From a virus: a stretch of 64,000 nucleotides of DNA. A model generated the notes under the pieces. The model was not told the DNA's origin. It made no database searches and saw only the letters and a list, made by a program, of their open reading frames with translations. The stretch lies in the IMG/VR virus record IMGVR_UViG_3300009448_000012, positions 1 through 64,000 of that record; one strand, 5' to 3'. This document shows positions 19,185 to 29,417 of the stretch, in pieces; within the stretch, counting starts at the first letter, position 1; each line of letters begins with the position of its first letter. Position numbers and translations under genes: made by a program.

Positions 19185-19541
19185 ATGCCAGCACAGCTTC
19201 AAGCCGGCGATCTCGATCGGCGGATCACCATCGAGCGAAACACGCAAGTCGTCGCCGGCGACTTCAATGAGGTCCAGGACGCGTGGGCGGCGATCGCGAC
19301 CGTTTGGGCGAAGCGGCACGACGCCAGCGCCGGCGAGGCGGTCCGCGCACAGGAAGTCGGCGGACAGATCACGACCCGGTTCACGATCCGATATTCGATC
19401 CTCGCCGCGACGATCGACGTGAAGGACCGCATTCAGTTCGGTGACAGGTCGTTCAACATCACGGCCGTTCGCGAACCGACCGGGACCCGAAACCAGTGGA
19501 TCGAAATCGACGCGGTCGCGCGCTCGGACAAGGTGTCCTGA
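19185..19541 (+). CDS. Head closure protein (SPP1 gp16-like)
   Basis: AGDLDRRITI, ATVWA, RFTIRY, FNITAV. Confidence 0.92.
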   Translation: MPAQLQAGDLDRRITIERNTQVVAGDFNEVQDAWAAIATVWAKRHDASAGEAVRAQEVGGQITTRFTIRYSILAATIDVKDRIQFGDRSFNITAVREPTGTRNQWIEIDAVARSDKVS

Positions 19542-20002
19542 TGGCACTCCAGAATTTTTTCAATCCGATCGAGGTCGAGGGGCTGGCCGAACTTCAGGTC
19601 GCCTTGCGCGAGCTTCCCGACGCGACCGCGCGGAACGTGCTTCGCCGGGTCGCGAAATCGGTGCTCCAGCCGATCGCGCAGCGGGCGCAATCGCTCGCGC
19701 CGGTCGAGGTCGGTCGGTTGCGCCGGTCGATCGTCGTCAGCGACAAGCTGACTCGTCGGCAGAAATCGCAGTTTCAGCGCGACGACCCGAACGACGTCAT
19801 CATGTTCGTCGGCGCCGGCGCGCTCGCACAGGCGCACATGATGGAATTCGGCACGACGGACATCAGCCCGCGCCCGTTCTTGCGGCCGGCGTGGGACGGC
19901 GGAAAAGACAAGGTGCTACAGTCGATTAAAGACCAACTGTGGATCGAGATTCAGAAGGCGGCGGCACGGCTGGCGCGCAAAGCGGCGAAGGGTACGGGAT
20001 AA
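19541..20002 (+). CDS. HK97 gp10-family tail completion protein
   Basis: GLAEL, AP..VGRLRRSI, EFGT....PRPFLRPAW. Confidence 0.9.
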   Translation: MALQNFFNPIEVEGLAELQVALRELPDATARNVLRRVAKSVLQPIAQRAQSLAPVEVGRLRRSIVVSDKLTRRQKSQFQRDDPNDVIMFVGAGALAQAHMMEFGTTDISPRPFLRPAWDGGKDKVLQSIKDQLWIEIQKAAARLARKAAKGTG

Positions 20003-20006
20003 TCAC

Positions 20007-20411
20007 ATGGCGATCATGGAAGGCGAGTTGATCGATTTGCTGCTGACCCACGCGCCGATCGCCGCCATCGTGGGTACGCGGGTATACCCGGCGCGGCGCG
20101 CGCAGGGCTCGGCGTTCCCTGCCATCGTCGTGACCAGGGTCAGCGGTCAGCCGCTCTATGCGGACGACGGCGAGGTCGGTTTGCAGGATGCGCGCGTTCA
20201 GATCGACAGCGTCGCCATGACCTATACCGAGGCGAAGAATCTCGCGCAGGCGGTGCGCGCGCGGCTGACGGCTTTTAGTGGTGTACACGGCGACGTAAAC
20301 TTCAGCTATATCATGTTGGATGAAGAACGTGACTTGCCGGAAAGTGGAGCGAACGCGGCGGAATATACGACGCGCGTCGCGATGGATTTCATCGTCTGGA
20401 CCAGGGGTTAA
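20007..20411 (+). CDS. Tail terminator (DUF3168-like)
   Basis: VGTRVYP, RVQID, A...A.AVR..L; expected gene order. Confidence 0.85.
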   Translation: MAIMEGELIDLLLTHAPIAAIVGTRVYPARRAQGSAFPAIVVTRVSGQPLYADDGEVGLQDARVQIDSVAMTYTEAKNLAQAVRARLTAFSGVHGDVNFSYIMLDEERDLPESGANAAEYTTRVAMDFIVWTRG

Positions 20412-20413
20412 AA

Positions 20414-20815
20414 ATGGACGGTTTTCTAGGGCGTGACATCGTATTCCAGTGGGGCGGTAATTCGCCCGGCGATACGATCGCGGGCATCCGCGAAAAGGGT
20501 ATCGAATGCAGCGGCGAAGCCGTCGACGTCACGTCGGATGAAAACGACGGTTGGCGCGTCGTGCTGACCGAGGCGGGTCAGAACGAAGTCACCGTGTCGA
20601 TCAGCGGCGTGACCAAGGATGACCGGCTTGCGGCCGCGTGGTTCAGCCTGGAGCGGACGCAGCCCGTTTTTCTGACCTATCCGGACGGCCGGATCGTCAG
20701 CGGGACGTTCTATCTCCAGTCGTACACCGACACCGGACCTTACAATGACGCCACGACCTTCGAGGCGGAATTGATCAGCACCGGCGTAATCAGCTACACA
20801 CCGGCGACGGTGTAG
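20414..20815 (+). CDS. Major tail tube protein (TP901-1 type)
   Basis: EAVDVTS.E.DGWR, VSISGV, G.YND..TFE..L.STG. Confidence 0.9.
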   Translation: MDGFLGRDIVFQWGGNSPGDTIAGIREKGIECSGEAVDVTSDENDGWRVVLTEAGQNEVTVSISGVTKDDRLAAAWFSLERTQPVFLTYPDGRIVSGTFYLQSYTDTGPYNDATTFEAELISTGVISYTPATV

Positions 20816-20816
20816 C

Positions 20817-21263
20817 ATGGGCGCTTTCGATGACGTGACCTTTCAGTGGGCAGGGGTCAGCTATACCATCCCTGCCAACAAAATGATGGGTGCGATCGCC
20901 CGCATCGAGGACCATGTGACCATGCCGGAGCTTCAGCGTTTCGGCGAGCGGGGGGCCGTTCCGCTGTCCCGCCTCGCCGGCGCCTTCGCTTCCGTCCTTC
21001 GATATGCCGGCGCCAATGTGGTGCATGAAGACGTTTACGCGGCGATGTTTGCCGGCGCGGAAAAACAAATGGAAGTCGCCGAAGCCGTCTCGCTCTTAAT
21101 GGCCATGATGGTTCCGGCGGGGTCCCGCGACAAGATCCTGAAGGTCGCCGAGGAAGCCAAAGCCGCCGGAGCAGTGCCGCCGGGAAACCCCGTCCCGGCC
21201 GCGACCGCTTCGTCGAAGAAGCTTACAAAATCGCGGTCGGGCAAGCGTGGGTCTCGCCTGTAG
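20817..21263 (+). CDS. Tail assembly chaperone (G)
   Basis: Lies between tail tube and tape measure; carries slippery G GGA AAC at 21182-21188. Confidence 0.85.
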   Translation: MGAFDDVTFQWAGVSYTIPANKMMGAIARIEDHVTMPELQRFGERGAVPLSRLAGAFASVLRYAGANVVHEDVYAAMFAGAEKQMEVAEAVSLLMAMMVPAGSRDKILKVAEEAKAAGAVPPGNPVPAATASSKKLTKSRSGKRGSRL

Positions 21264-21415
21264 AATTCTGGCAAATGACGCCTCAAGAATTTCACTGGCT
21301 GTGCGAGGCGAAAATGCCGAAGAAGGTCTTCAAGGGCAAAAAGCGCTCGATGACCGAAGACGAAGCCGACGCAATTTACCGCAAAGCCTACGGACCACCA
21401 CCAGGGGAAGATTGA
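21182..21415 (+). CDS. Tail assembly chaperone -1 frameshift extension (GT)
   Basis: The -1 frame from GGGAAAC is open to TGA 21413-21415 and encodes ...SPVEFWQMTPQEF..., a typical GT motif. Confidence 0.85.
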   Translation, partial: GKPRPGRDRFVEEAYKIAVGQAWVSPVEFWQMTPQEFHWLCEAKMPKKVFKGKKRSMTEDEADAIYRKAYGPPPGED

Positions 21416-21419
21416 TCAA

Positions 21420-23693
21420 ATGGCAACGGCAGAAATCGGGGCTTTGCGCGTTCTGCTGTCCATCAACGCTGGTGAGTTCGCGCGCGGGATACAGCGCGCG
21501 AGCAAGGACGCGGACGGCTTCGGCGCGAGCATGTCCAAGCTTTCCGACAAAATGGAAGCGGCGAGCTACGAATTCAATTCCGGCGTCATGGCGGCACAGC
21601 GCTTTGCGTCGGTCGTGACCAGCATCATCGGCGTAAGCCGAGAATTCGGGTCCGGCATGTCGGCGGTGTCGACCCTGGTCGACACCAACACCGAAAGCAT
21701 GAAGCAGATGTCGGAAGCCGTCCTGAAGATCGGACGGAATACGCCTGTCGCCCTGTCCGACCTGACGACCGGTCTCTATGACCTGCGATCCGCCGGCACG
21801 TCGGCGGAAGACGCTATGGACCGCCTGGAGCGGTCCGCGCAACTCGGCGTTGCGGGCCTGGGCTCCACGAAGGAAGCCGTCGATCTGGTCACGTCCTCGA
21901 TCAACGCTTTCGGCCTGAAGGGGCGGGAAGCCGACGACGTCTATAACAACATCTTCAAGACGATCCAGGCGGGCAAGACCACGATCAGCGGGCTTGCGCA
22001 GGGCTTCGGCGCCGTCGCCTCGACCGTGTCGGCGGCGGGCGTGAGCCTGAAGGAATATCTCGCCTCGATCGCGGCGCTGACCGTCACCGGCTTGCCGGCG
22101 GCCGTGGCACATACGCAGATCCGCGCGGCGATCGCCGGCATGACGCGCGAGAGCGAGCTTGCGACGAAGGTGCTCGACGCGATGGGCGTCAAGACCTTCA
22201 AAGAACTGATCGACAAGTCGGGCGGCATGGTCAACGCCTTCAAGAACATCACGACCGCGCTCGGCGGGAACGACGCCGCCATGATCAAGCTGTTCGGCTC
22301 GGTCGAGGCTTACAACGCCGTGTTGTCGCTGACCGGGAAGCAGAACGACGCCTTCACGCAGAACATGGCCAAGATGAACGACGGCCTCGACGCGGTGACG
22401 GAAGGCTTCGATAAGCGCAACGAAGGCATGGGCGCCGCGATCGACAAGATGCGCAATGCGGTCCAGGAATTAGGGATCGCGCTCGGCGACGCGCTGGCGC
22501 CGACGATCAAAGCCGTCTCGGCGTTCGTGATCGACCTGACGACCGCGTTCAAGTCGCTCGACCCTGAAGTCCAGGCCATGATCACGCGGGTCGCACTGAT
22601 CGCGGCCGTGATCGCGCCGGCGGTGACGGCGATCGCCTTCTTCGTGAACGCGCTCGGCTCGATCGTCGGCGTCGTGGCCACGGTCAGCGCGGCGCTATGG
22701 GGGCTGGTCATGGTGGGCGGGCCGATCGCGCTGTTCGTCGTCACGGCGAGCGCGGCCGTGACGGCTTGGCAGATTTTCCAAACCGAGATCATCGCGATTT
22801 TCGACGCGGTCGCGAGCGCGATCGGGCGCAAGGTGACTGAGATGGTCGAATGGATGACCAAGCTCGGGACCTATGTGAGCGAGGTCTTTTCCAAGATTTG
22901 GAACGGCGAATTCGAGGAAGCCATGACCCGCATGGGTGAAGGCATCGCCGGCGGGATGATCGTCGCCAGTGACGCGACGGACCAGCTCGGGACGTCGATC
23001 AAGAACGTCGACCTGCTCGCGCAGGAACAGGCGAAGAAGGCGTTCGAGTACAAGGGGCCGGTGATCGCCGCGACCGACGCCGAGGCGAACGCGGTGCGCA
23101 ATCGGAACAGCGCCTATCGGGAAGGGCTCGCGCTGTTCAACGAGACGCTGGACCCGATGGAAAAGCTCATTTTCAAGCAGATGCAGATTCACGCGCTGAT
23201 GACACAGGGCGCGATCGACGCCACCACCTACGGCCGCGCCATGGCGGCCGCGTCGGTCTACAGCGCCAAGAACATGGACGCGCTCGCGTCGTCGGTCGGC
23301 TCGAACTTGGCGACCATCTTCGGCGACAGTAAAGCGGTCGCGATCGCGACCGCCCTGATCAACACCTATCAGGGCATCACGAAAGCGCTCGCGTCCTACC
23401 CGCCTCCGATTTCAACCGCGATGGCGGCGATCCAGGCGACCGCCGGCTTCGCGCAGGTGGCCAAGATCCGGTCGCAGACGTCCAAGGGCGGCGGGGGCGG
23501 TGGTGGGGGCGGTGGCGGCGGCGAGGCGGCTGCAGCGGCTGCTGTGCCTGCTGCAAGCGTCAATCAAACGCTGATGGTCCAGGGCGTGAACCCCGGACAG
23601 ATGTTCAGCGGCGAGAGCATGCGCGGGCTCGCCGAACAAATGCTGGAATACCAGCGCAACGGCGGCAAGGTCATACTCGATCGGGCGGGTTAA
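21420..23693 (+). CDS. Tape measure protein (TP901-family core)
   Basis: AEIGALRV N-terminus, GLYDLRSAG, TMP core, hydrophobic middle region. Confidence 0.93.
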   Translation: MATAEIGALRVLLSINAGEFARGIQRASKDADGFGASMSKLSDKMEAASYEFNSGVMAAQRFASVVTSIIGVSREFGSGMSAVSTLVDTNTESMKQMSEAVLKIGRNTPVALSDLTTGLYDLRSAGTSAEDAMDRLERSAQLGVAGLGSTKEAVDLVTSSINAFGLKGREADDVYNNIFKTIQAGKTTISGLAQGFGAVASTVSAAGVSLKEYLASIAALTVTGLPAAVAHTQIRAAIAGMTRESELATKVLDAMGVKTFKELIDKSGGMVNAFKNITTALGGNDAAMIKLFGSVEAYNAVLSLTGKQNDAFTQNMAKMNDGLDAVTEGFDKRNEGMGAAIDKMRNAVQELGIALGDALAPTIKAVSAFVIDLTTAFKSLDPEVQAMITRVALIAAVIAPAVTAIAFFVNALGSIVGVVATVSAALWGLVMVGGPIALFVVTASAAVTAWQIFQTEIIAIFDAVASAIGRKVTEMVEWMTKLGTYVSEVFSKIWNGEFEEAMTRMGEGIAGGMIVASDATDQLGTSIKNVDLLAQEQAKKAFEYKGPVIAATDAEANAVRNRNSAYREGLALFNETLDPMEKLIFKQMQIHALMTQGAIDATTYGRAMAAASVYSAKNMDALASSVGSNLATIFGDSKAVAIATALINTYQGITKALASYPPPISTAMAAIQATAGFAQVAKIRSQTSKGGGGGGGGGGGGEAAAAAAVPAASVNQTLMVQGVNPGQMFSGESMRGLAEQMLEYQRNGGKVILDRAG

Positions 23694-23723
23694 GCCCGTG
23701 CGCATCTTTCTGGAGCGGTCCAT

Positions 23724-24569
23724 ATGAGCGTCGTCATCTCGTCTTCGCTGGTCCTGTCGCGCGCCCTGGTGGGCGACGCCGTCAACGGCAATAGCCCAAT
23801 CATCGGTTATGAAAACCGGGTCACGGTCGACAACATCGAGACGACCAGCGAAGACCCGAACTTTCCCGCGACCAATCTCGCGAACGTGGCGACCCACGAA
23901 CTATGGAAGGGCATCAGCGGGTCGCCGGCGGCCGGCGACGAGTACATCACGATCACGACCGCGACCAGCGAAGAAATCGACTATGTCGGCATCGCGAATC
24001 ACAACCTTGGGTCCGGCCTGTTCCCGGTGTCGGTCGAGGTCCAGGCCGGCGAATTCGACTCGTTCGTGGAGGTCATCTCCGATCGGTTCCTGGTCGACGA
24101 CAAGCCGGTCATCTTCCGGTTCACGCCCCAAGCCGCGACGGCCGTGCGGGTGAAAATCCAGGCGTCGCAAGCGGCCGTGCCGGTCGTGCCGGAAGCGGCC
24201 GTCGTCTATGTCGGCAAGTTGCTCGTGCTCCAGCGCCGGATCTATGTCGGGCACACGCCCATTCCCTACGGCCGCAACACGCAAGTGATCAACGGCAAAA
24301 GCGAGAGCGGGAATTTCCTCGGTCGGATCATCGTCGGCGAGACGCGCTCGACCGGCATCAGCATGTCGAACATGACGCCGGCGTGGTATCGGACTTACAT
24401 GGACCCGTTCGTCGTGTCGGCGCAAAGCAAGCCGTTCTTTTTCAACTGGCGCCCGCTCGACTACCCGGAAGAAAGCGGCTTTTGCTGGGTCACTGACGAG
24501 CCGCGTCCTTCAAATCAGCGTCCTAACGGCATGATGCAAATCGCCTTTCAGATGAACGGGATCGTCTAA
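23724..24569 (+). CDS. Distal tail protein-like
   Basis: Follows the TMP; IDYVGIANHNL, SESGNFLGR, PFFFNWRP. Confidence 0.7.
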   Translation: MSVVISSSLVLSRALVGDAVNGNSPIIGYENRVTVDNIETTSEDPNFPATNLANVATHELWKGISGSPAAGDEYITITTATSEEIDYVGIANHNLGSGLFPVSVEVQAGEFDSFVEVISDRFLVDDKPVIFRFTPQAATAVRVKIQASQAAVPVVPEAAVVYVGKLLVLQRRIYVGHTPIPYGRNTQVINGKSESGNFLGRIIVGETRSTGISMSNMTPAWYRTYMDPFVVSAQSKPFFFNWRPLDYPEESGFCWVTDEPRPSNQRPNGMMQIAFQMNGIV

Positions 24570-27520
24570 TGTCCGGTGAACGCGCCCTGGTGTATGTCGA
24601 AGTCGATGTCGATTACTGCTCGCTAAGGTACGGCGAGGGCGCTTGTCCGGCAATCCTCGGCGTCGACAGCGCTGACAAATGCTTCAACTCGCTCAAGACC
24701 TGCGCGGTGCGGACCGCGTTCACGAACGACCCTGTGACCATCCGGTTCGCACAGGACAATGTATATTTGCCCAAGGATATCCCGGCGATCCCGTCGATCA
24801 CGGGCGTCCAATTCTCGCCGGCGACGATCTCGCTCGGGAAGGACCTCGGTCAGCGCGCGACCCTGACGGTCGGTTTCCGCGATCATAAGCACAGCGACAC
24901 CGGCGAGGGCTTCGACAAATACCACGCCGAGCGCTCTTATAACCCGTTCGATCAAGGATCGTTTTGGGGGAAATTCCGCGCGCGCCAGCCCTATCTCAAG
25001 GGGCGGTCGATCCGGCTGATCCGTGGCTATCTTGGTCAAACGCTCGCCGAGATGGACACGCGGCATTACATCATCGAATCGTTCAACGGTCCGACGCCAC
25101 AGGGCTCTTACACTCTGATCGCGAAAGACGTCCTGAAGCTGGCCGATGGCGACCGCGCGCAAGCGCCGATGGTGTCCAACGGGTTCCTGGTCTCGGCGAT
25201 CGACGAAGTCGCGACGACCTTGAACCTGTCACCCAACGGGATCGGCGATTTCGAATATCCGAATTTCGGCTGGATCGCGATCGGCGGCGAAGAAATCATG
25301 GAATTCACCCGAACGGGTGGCATCGATGACAACACGCTGCTGATGCTTCACGGCGACGGCGCCGACAACGGGACGACCTTCACCGATTCGAGCGCGTCGA
25401 ACCGGACCGCGACGCGCGTCGGCACGCCTGTGACCGACACCGGGCTGGTCGTGCATGGGACGGCGTCGCTCCAGTTTCCAGGGTCCGACGACTTCCTGAC
25501 CTTTCCCGACGATGACGCCTGGAGCTTTCCCGGCGACTTCACGATCGATTGTTGGGTCTATGTCACCGACCTGTCCATAAACCGGGTTATGGTCTCGCAC
25601 TCGGACAACACCGCCGACAATCATTGGCGTTTTCAGGTGGGCACGAGCGGCGCGCTCGGGTTCATCGTCTTCGTCGGCGGCGTGCTGTCCTTTTCGATCC
25701 AGTCGCCGGCGAGCAGTATCACGATCAACAGTTGGACCCATGTCGCGGTCGTGCGAGAGGGAACGACGTGGCGGATGTACGTCAACGGCTTCGAGGCGTC
25801 GGAAGAAGTGAACGCCACGGCAATCACCAATTATTCGGGCCTGCTCCGCGTCGGCGTGAGCGGCGACGGGACCAGCTTCGACTTTTTCAGCAATATCGAC
25901 GAGTTGCGAATTTCCAAGGTTGCGCGCAGCGAATCCGAACTGATCGCGGGCCTGCTCAACCAGTATAACGACGGCGACATTCTCCAGATCGTTCGCGGGC
26001 AACTCGGCACGACGGCCGCCGAGCATGACGTTCAAGACCGCGTGCAATTGGTCGTGCGATATGACGGCGCGGACCCGGCTGACATCCTATACGACCTGTT
26101 CACGAATTACGCGCAGATCCCGGCCGAATATATCAGTCTCGGCGACTGGCAAACCGAGACCGGCTCATTCCTTCAGCGCCTTTACGGCGCGACGATCGCC
26201 GACCCGACCGACGTCACCAAGCTGGTGAGCGAGTTGGTCGAGCAAGCCGCGCTGGCGATCTGGTGGGACGACGTGAACCAGCTCATCCGCCTTAAGGTGT
26301 TGCGCTCGATCCTGACCGACACCGCGCTGTTCGACGACGACAATATCATGGCCGGGTCGCTCACCGTCCAGGAACAGCCCAATTTACGCGCGTCGCAGAT
26401 CTGGACCTACTACGGTCAGCGGAACCCGCTTCGTCCGATCGACGAACCCGACAATTTCCGCTCGACGCTGGCCACGGTCAATTTGCAAGCCGAGAGCGAC
26501 GAAGGTCAGCCGGCGATCATGAAGATTTTCGCCCGCTGGATTCCCGCGTTCGGGCGGGACACCGCCGAGCGGCTGAACGACATCCAGTTGGGCCGGTACC
26601 AAACGCCGCCGCGCCGCGTCACATTCGACGTCTTCCGGGGCTCGGTCGACGATCCCGTGTTGGGTTCCGGGTATCAGGTGGGTGCATACTCGATCCAGGA
26701 CGAATTCGGCGCCCCTGTGACCATGCCGATCCAGCTCACGCGCCTTAATCCGATGTCTGATCGCTTCAGCGTCGAAGGCGAGGAAATGCTTTTCGAAGCG
26801 CTCGACCCGGCGGACCTGCTCGACCGGACGATCGTGATCGATAGCGACATCCTGGACGTCAATCTTCGCGACCTTCACGACTCGATCTATCCGGAGCCGG
26901 TCGCGTTCGAAAGCCCGTCGATCACCGTGACGTGCATCGTCGAAAGCGACGTCCTGGTCGGCGCGAGCGGCGCCGATATCCCCGCGTTCGACGTCGGTGA
27001 CTGGCCGGGCGGCGTCACGATCACGGTCATCAATAACGGGCGCATTCAGGGCGCCGGCGGCGACGGCGGTGACGGCGGCAACTTCTCCGGAAGCAATTTT
27101 AAGGACGGCGAGGCGGGCGGCACGGCCGTTTATACGCGGTACCCGATCATGTTCGAGGACGCGGCCGGACAGACCTATGGCGGCGGCGGCGGTGGCGGCG
27201 GTGGCTACTTCAGGGGCGGCGGTGGCGGTGGCGGTGCTGGTCAGGTGCCGGGTGAAGGCGGACCCTTCACAACCGACCAGAACAGCCCCAAGTCGGGCGC
27301 GCCCGGCACGCTGGACGCGGGCGGCATCGGCGGCGACGGCGGCGGTGAATGGGACGACGACGGCGGTAACGGCGGCACGCCGGGCGTCGCGGGCGGCGTC
27401 GGCGAACCGGGTCCGCCGACAGCCGGCGCCGGCGGCGCGGCCGGGCACGCGATTGACGGACTGTCGTTCATAACGCAGGTTGGGGCGGAAGGTGATCGCC
27501 TTGGAGGGGAAGTGAACTAA
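24569..27520 (+). CDS. Tail tip/hub protein with inserted LamG lectin domain and Gly-rich C-terminus
   Basis: N-terminal Cys motif; DFTIDCWV, WTHVAVVR, IDELRIS (LamG); C-terminal GG repeats. Confidence 0.85.
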   Translation: MSGERALVYVEVDVDYCSLRYGEGACPAILGVDSADKCFNSLKTCAVRTAFTNDPVTIRFAQDNVYLPKDIPAIPSITGVQFSPATISLGKDLGQRATLTVGFRDHKHSDTGEGFDKYHAERSYNPFDQGSFWGKFRARQPYLKGRSIRLIRGYLGQTLAEMDTRHYIIESFNGPTPQGSYTLIAKDVLKLADGDRAQAPMVSNGFLVSAIDEVATTLNLSPNGIGDFEYPNFGWIAIGGEEIMEFTRTGGIDDNTLLMLHGDGADNGTTFTDSSASNRTATRVGTPVTDTGLVVHGTASLQFPGSDDFLTFPDDDAWSFPGDFTIDCWVYVTDLSINRVMVSHSDNTADNHWRFQVGTSGALGFIVFVGGVLSFSIQSPASSITINSWTHVAVVREGTTWRMYVNGFEASEEVNATAITNYSGLLRVGVSGDGTSFDFFSNIDELRISKVARSESELIAGLLNQYNDGDILQIVRGQLGTTAAEHDVQDRVQLVVRYDGADPADILYDLFTNYAQIPAEYISLGDWQTETGSFLQRLYGATIADPTDVTKLVSELVEQAALAIWWDDVNQLIRLKVLRSILTDTALFDDDNIMAGSLTVQEQPNLRASQIWTYYGQRNPLRPIDEPDNFRSTLATVNLQAESDEGQPAIMKIFARWIPAFGRDTAERLNDIQLGRYQTPPRRVTFDVFRGSVDDPVLGSGYQVGAYSIQDEFGAPVTMPIQLTRLNPMSDRFSVEGEEMLFEALDPADLLDRTIVIDSDILDVNLRDLHDSIYPEPVAFESPSITVTCIVESDVLVGASGADIPAFDVGDWPGGVTITVINNGRIQGAGGDGGDGGNFSGSNFKDGEAGGTAVYTRYPIMFEDAAGQTYGGGGGGGGGYFRGGGGGGGAGQVPGEGGPFTTDQNSPKSGAPGTLDAGGIGGDGGGEWDDDGGNGGTPGVAGGVGEPGPPTAGAGGAAGHAIDGLSFITQVGAEGDRLGGEVN

Positions 27521-28710
27521 TGGTTCTCGCACGTTGGCAAGCGACCGTCGTCGACGACGAAGGCAACATTCTGACCGCCGCGAACGTCGAGGTCCGGCGC
27601 GAGATCGCCGGCGCGCCGATCGCCGTGATCTATAGCGACCGCGACGGGCTCACCCCCAAGGCGAACCCCTTCGCGGTGGAGCCGGACGGCTTCGCGGCCT
27701 TCCACGCGCTCGGCGGCGCCTATCGGATCACCGCGACGTCGGGCACGTTCTCGCGAACGTGGCGCTATGTCCCGATCGGCCTCGGCGCCGAGACGGACGG
27801 GCGCGGCGTCGGCATCGAATTCTCATTCAACACCGACACGACCGACGCGGACCCCGGTTCCGGATTTCTGAAATTCAACAATGCCACGTTGGCGAGCGTG
27901 ACGAAGCTGTTCATCAGTGACGACGCTCTGAACGATTCGGACATTTCGCCATGGATCGACAGTTGGGACGATGGCGGGTCGAGCGCGGATCGCGGGACCG
28001 TCATGATCCAATCGATCGAGGGCGTCAATTTCCTACTGGCGCGCGTGACGGGCTCGGTCGTCAACGATTCCGGATATCGCGATGTGACGGTTTCGCCGAT
28101 CGCCAGCAACGGGACGTTCGCGGCCGATCAATCCGTGTACGTGACGTTCAGCGTCAACGGTGCGGACGGCGAGGACGGCGCGGACGGTGACGTCGCGGGA
28201 CCCGGCGCGACCGTGGTCGACGGTCAAGTCACCCTGTTCGCGAGCGGCACGGGCTCGACGATCAAGGGGCTGTTCAGCAGTGACAGCCCGCTCGAACCGA
28301 TCTTGGGCAACGAACTGTTGCGCGCGGCCGAAGCGACCGACGCCGAGGTCCAGGCGGCGACGCCCGGCCGCAAAGCGCTGATGGCCGATCATCTCGAAAC
28401 GGCCGCGCTCGCGGAAGCGCTGGTCGACGCGGCGACGGTGGCGGTGGACTGGAAAGGCGCGATCAACTTCACCCTGACCGTCACGGCGAGCCGGATCATC
28501 GGCAATCCGACCGGCGGTATTCCCGGCACTCACCGGACCATCATGGTCCAGGGCAATGACGCGACCGACCGCGCGATCACGTTCGGAAACCAATTCCTCG
28601 GCGAAGTCCCGGTCATCACTGATTGCGACAGTGCACGGTGGTATCTGATCAGCATCTATTGTCACACCGCGTCGCACTTCATCGCCAGCGCTAAGAGGGC
28701 ATTCGGGTGA
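27520..28710 (+). CDS. Tail fibre protein
   Basis: NPF..DG anchor, DADPGSG.LKFNNA domain, GxDG linker, C-terminal VAVDW..NFTLT..NPT. Confidence 0.75.
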   Translation: MVLARWQATVVDDEGNILTAANVEVRREIAGAPIAVIYSDRDGLTPKANPFAVEPDGFAAFHALGGAYRITATSGTFSRTWRYVPIGLGAETDGRGVGIEFSFNTDTTDADPGSGFLKFNNATLASVTKLFISDDALNDSDISPWIDSWDDGGSSADRGTVMIQSIEGVNFLLARVTGSVVNDSGYRDVTVSPIASNGTFAADQSVYVTFSVNGADGEDGADGDVAGPGATVVDGQVTLFASGTGSTIKGLFSSDSPLEPILGNELLRAAEATDAEVQAATPGRKALMADHLETAALAEALVDAATVAVDWKGAINFTLTVTASRIIGNPTGGIPGTHRTIMVQGNDATDRAITFGNQFLGEVPVITDCDSARWYLISIYCHTASHFIASAKRAFG

Positions 28711-29342
28711 ACATGCTTCCCGGCTGGAATCCCGGTTTCATCGTTCCTCGACTGCTCCGCAGTCTCGCGCAACAGGCGACCACGTCCGCCGGCGCGACGT
28801 CGCTGACGTGTCCCACGGTGGCCAAAGGCGATCTGATCGTCGTGCTTTCCTACGCCACGGGATCGGCGGCGTTCGTCACACCGACCGGGTTCACGCCTTT
28901 GGTGCAAAGCGTTCTTGGAGCGGTGAGACAAGCGCTTAGTGCCAAGGTCGCGGACGGTACCGAGAGCGGGACCACAATCAACGGCATGACCGGAAGCGGT
29001 TTCGGTATGGTGTTGGTCACGCTTCGACCAGACACGCCGCTCGTGTCGTTTGTCTTGGCAAGTCCTCAAGGTGAATTGACGGACGGTAATCCGGTTGCGC
29101 AAAACGTGACGTCCGGTGCGGGACCTGCCCCGCTCATTGTTATCGGTGCTTACGGTTCGTTGGGCGTCGTCAATCCACGCACTTTCTCACCAGCGAAAGA
29201 CGGTGAAGTCCTGTTGGGTACCGGGACCATGTACATCGCTTGGAAGAATTATTTTAATTCACAAGTCGACGTGAGCATCGACATGGACGACGAAGGCAAC
29301 GGGAACGCGTTGCAATCGTGCTATCTCCGTTTGCAGGTGTGA
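28707..29342 (+). CDS. Tail fibre-associated beta protein
   Basis: GDLIVV, TPTGFT, KVADGTESG; visibly lower GC than neighbours. Confidence 0.6.
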   Translation: MNMLPGWNPGFIVPRLLRSLAQQATTSAGATSLTCPTVAKGDLIVVLSYATGSAAFVTPTGFTPLVQSVLGAVRQALSAKVADGTESGTTINGMTGSGFGMVLVTLRPDTPLVSFVLASPQGELTDGNPVAQNVTSGAGPAPLIVIGAYGSLGVVNPRTFSPAKDGEVLLGTGTMYIAWKNYFNSQVDVSIDMDDEGNGNALQSCYLRLQV

Positions 29343-29417
29343 CGCTGTAACTTTTTGACTTTGGTCGCGTTTACGTATTGGGCAAGACCGATTACCGTCC
29401 GGGGAAATGGTAAGATA

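Noticed and set aside
23487-23545. Poly-Gly/poly-Ala run in the tape measure gene as a variable repeat locus
   Set aside because: Codons are mixed, consistent with an ordinary low-complexity linker.
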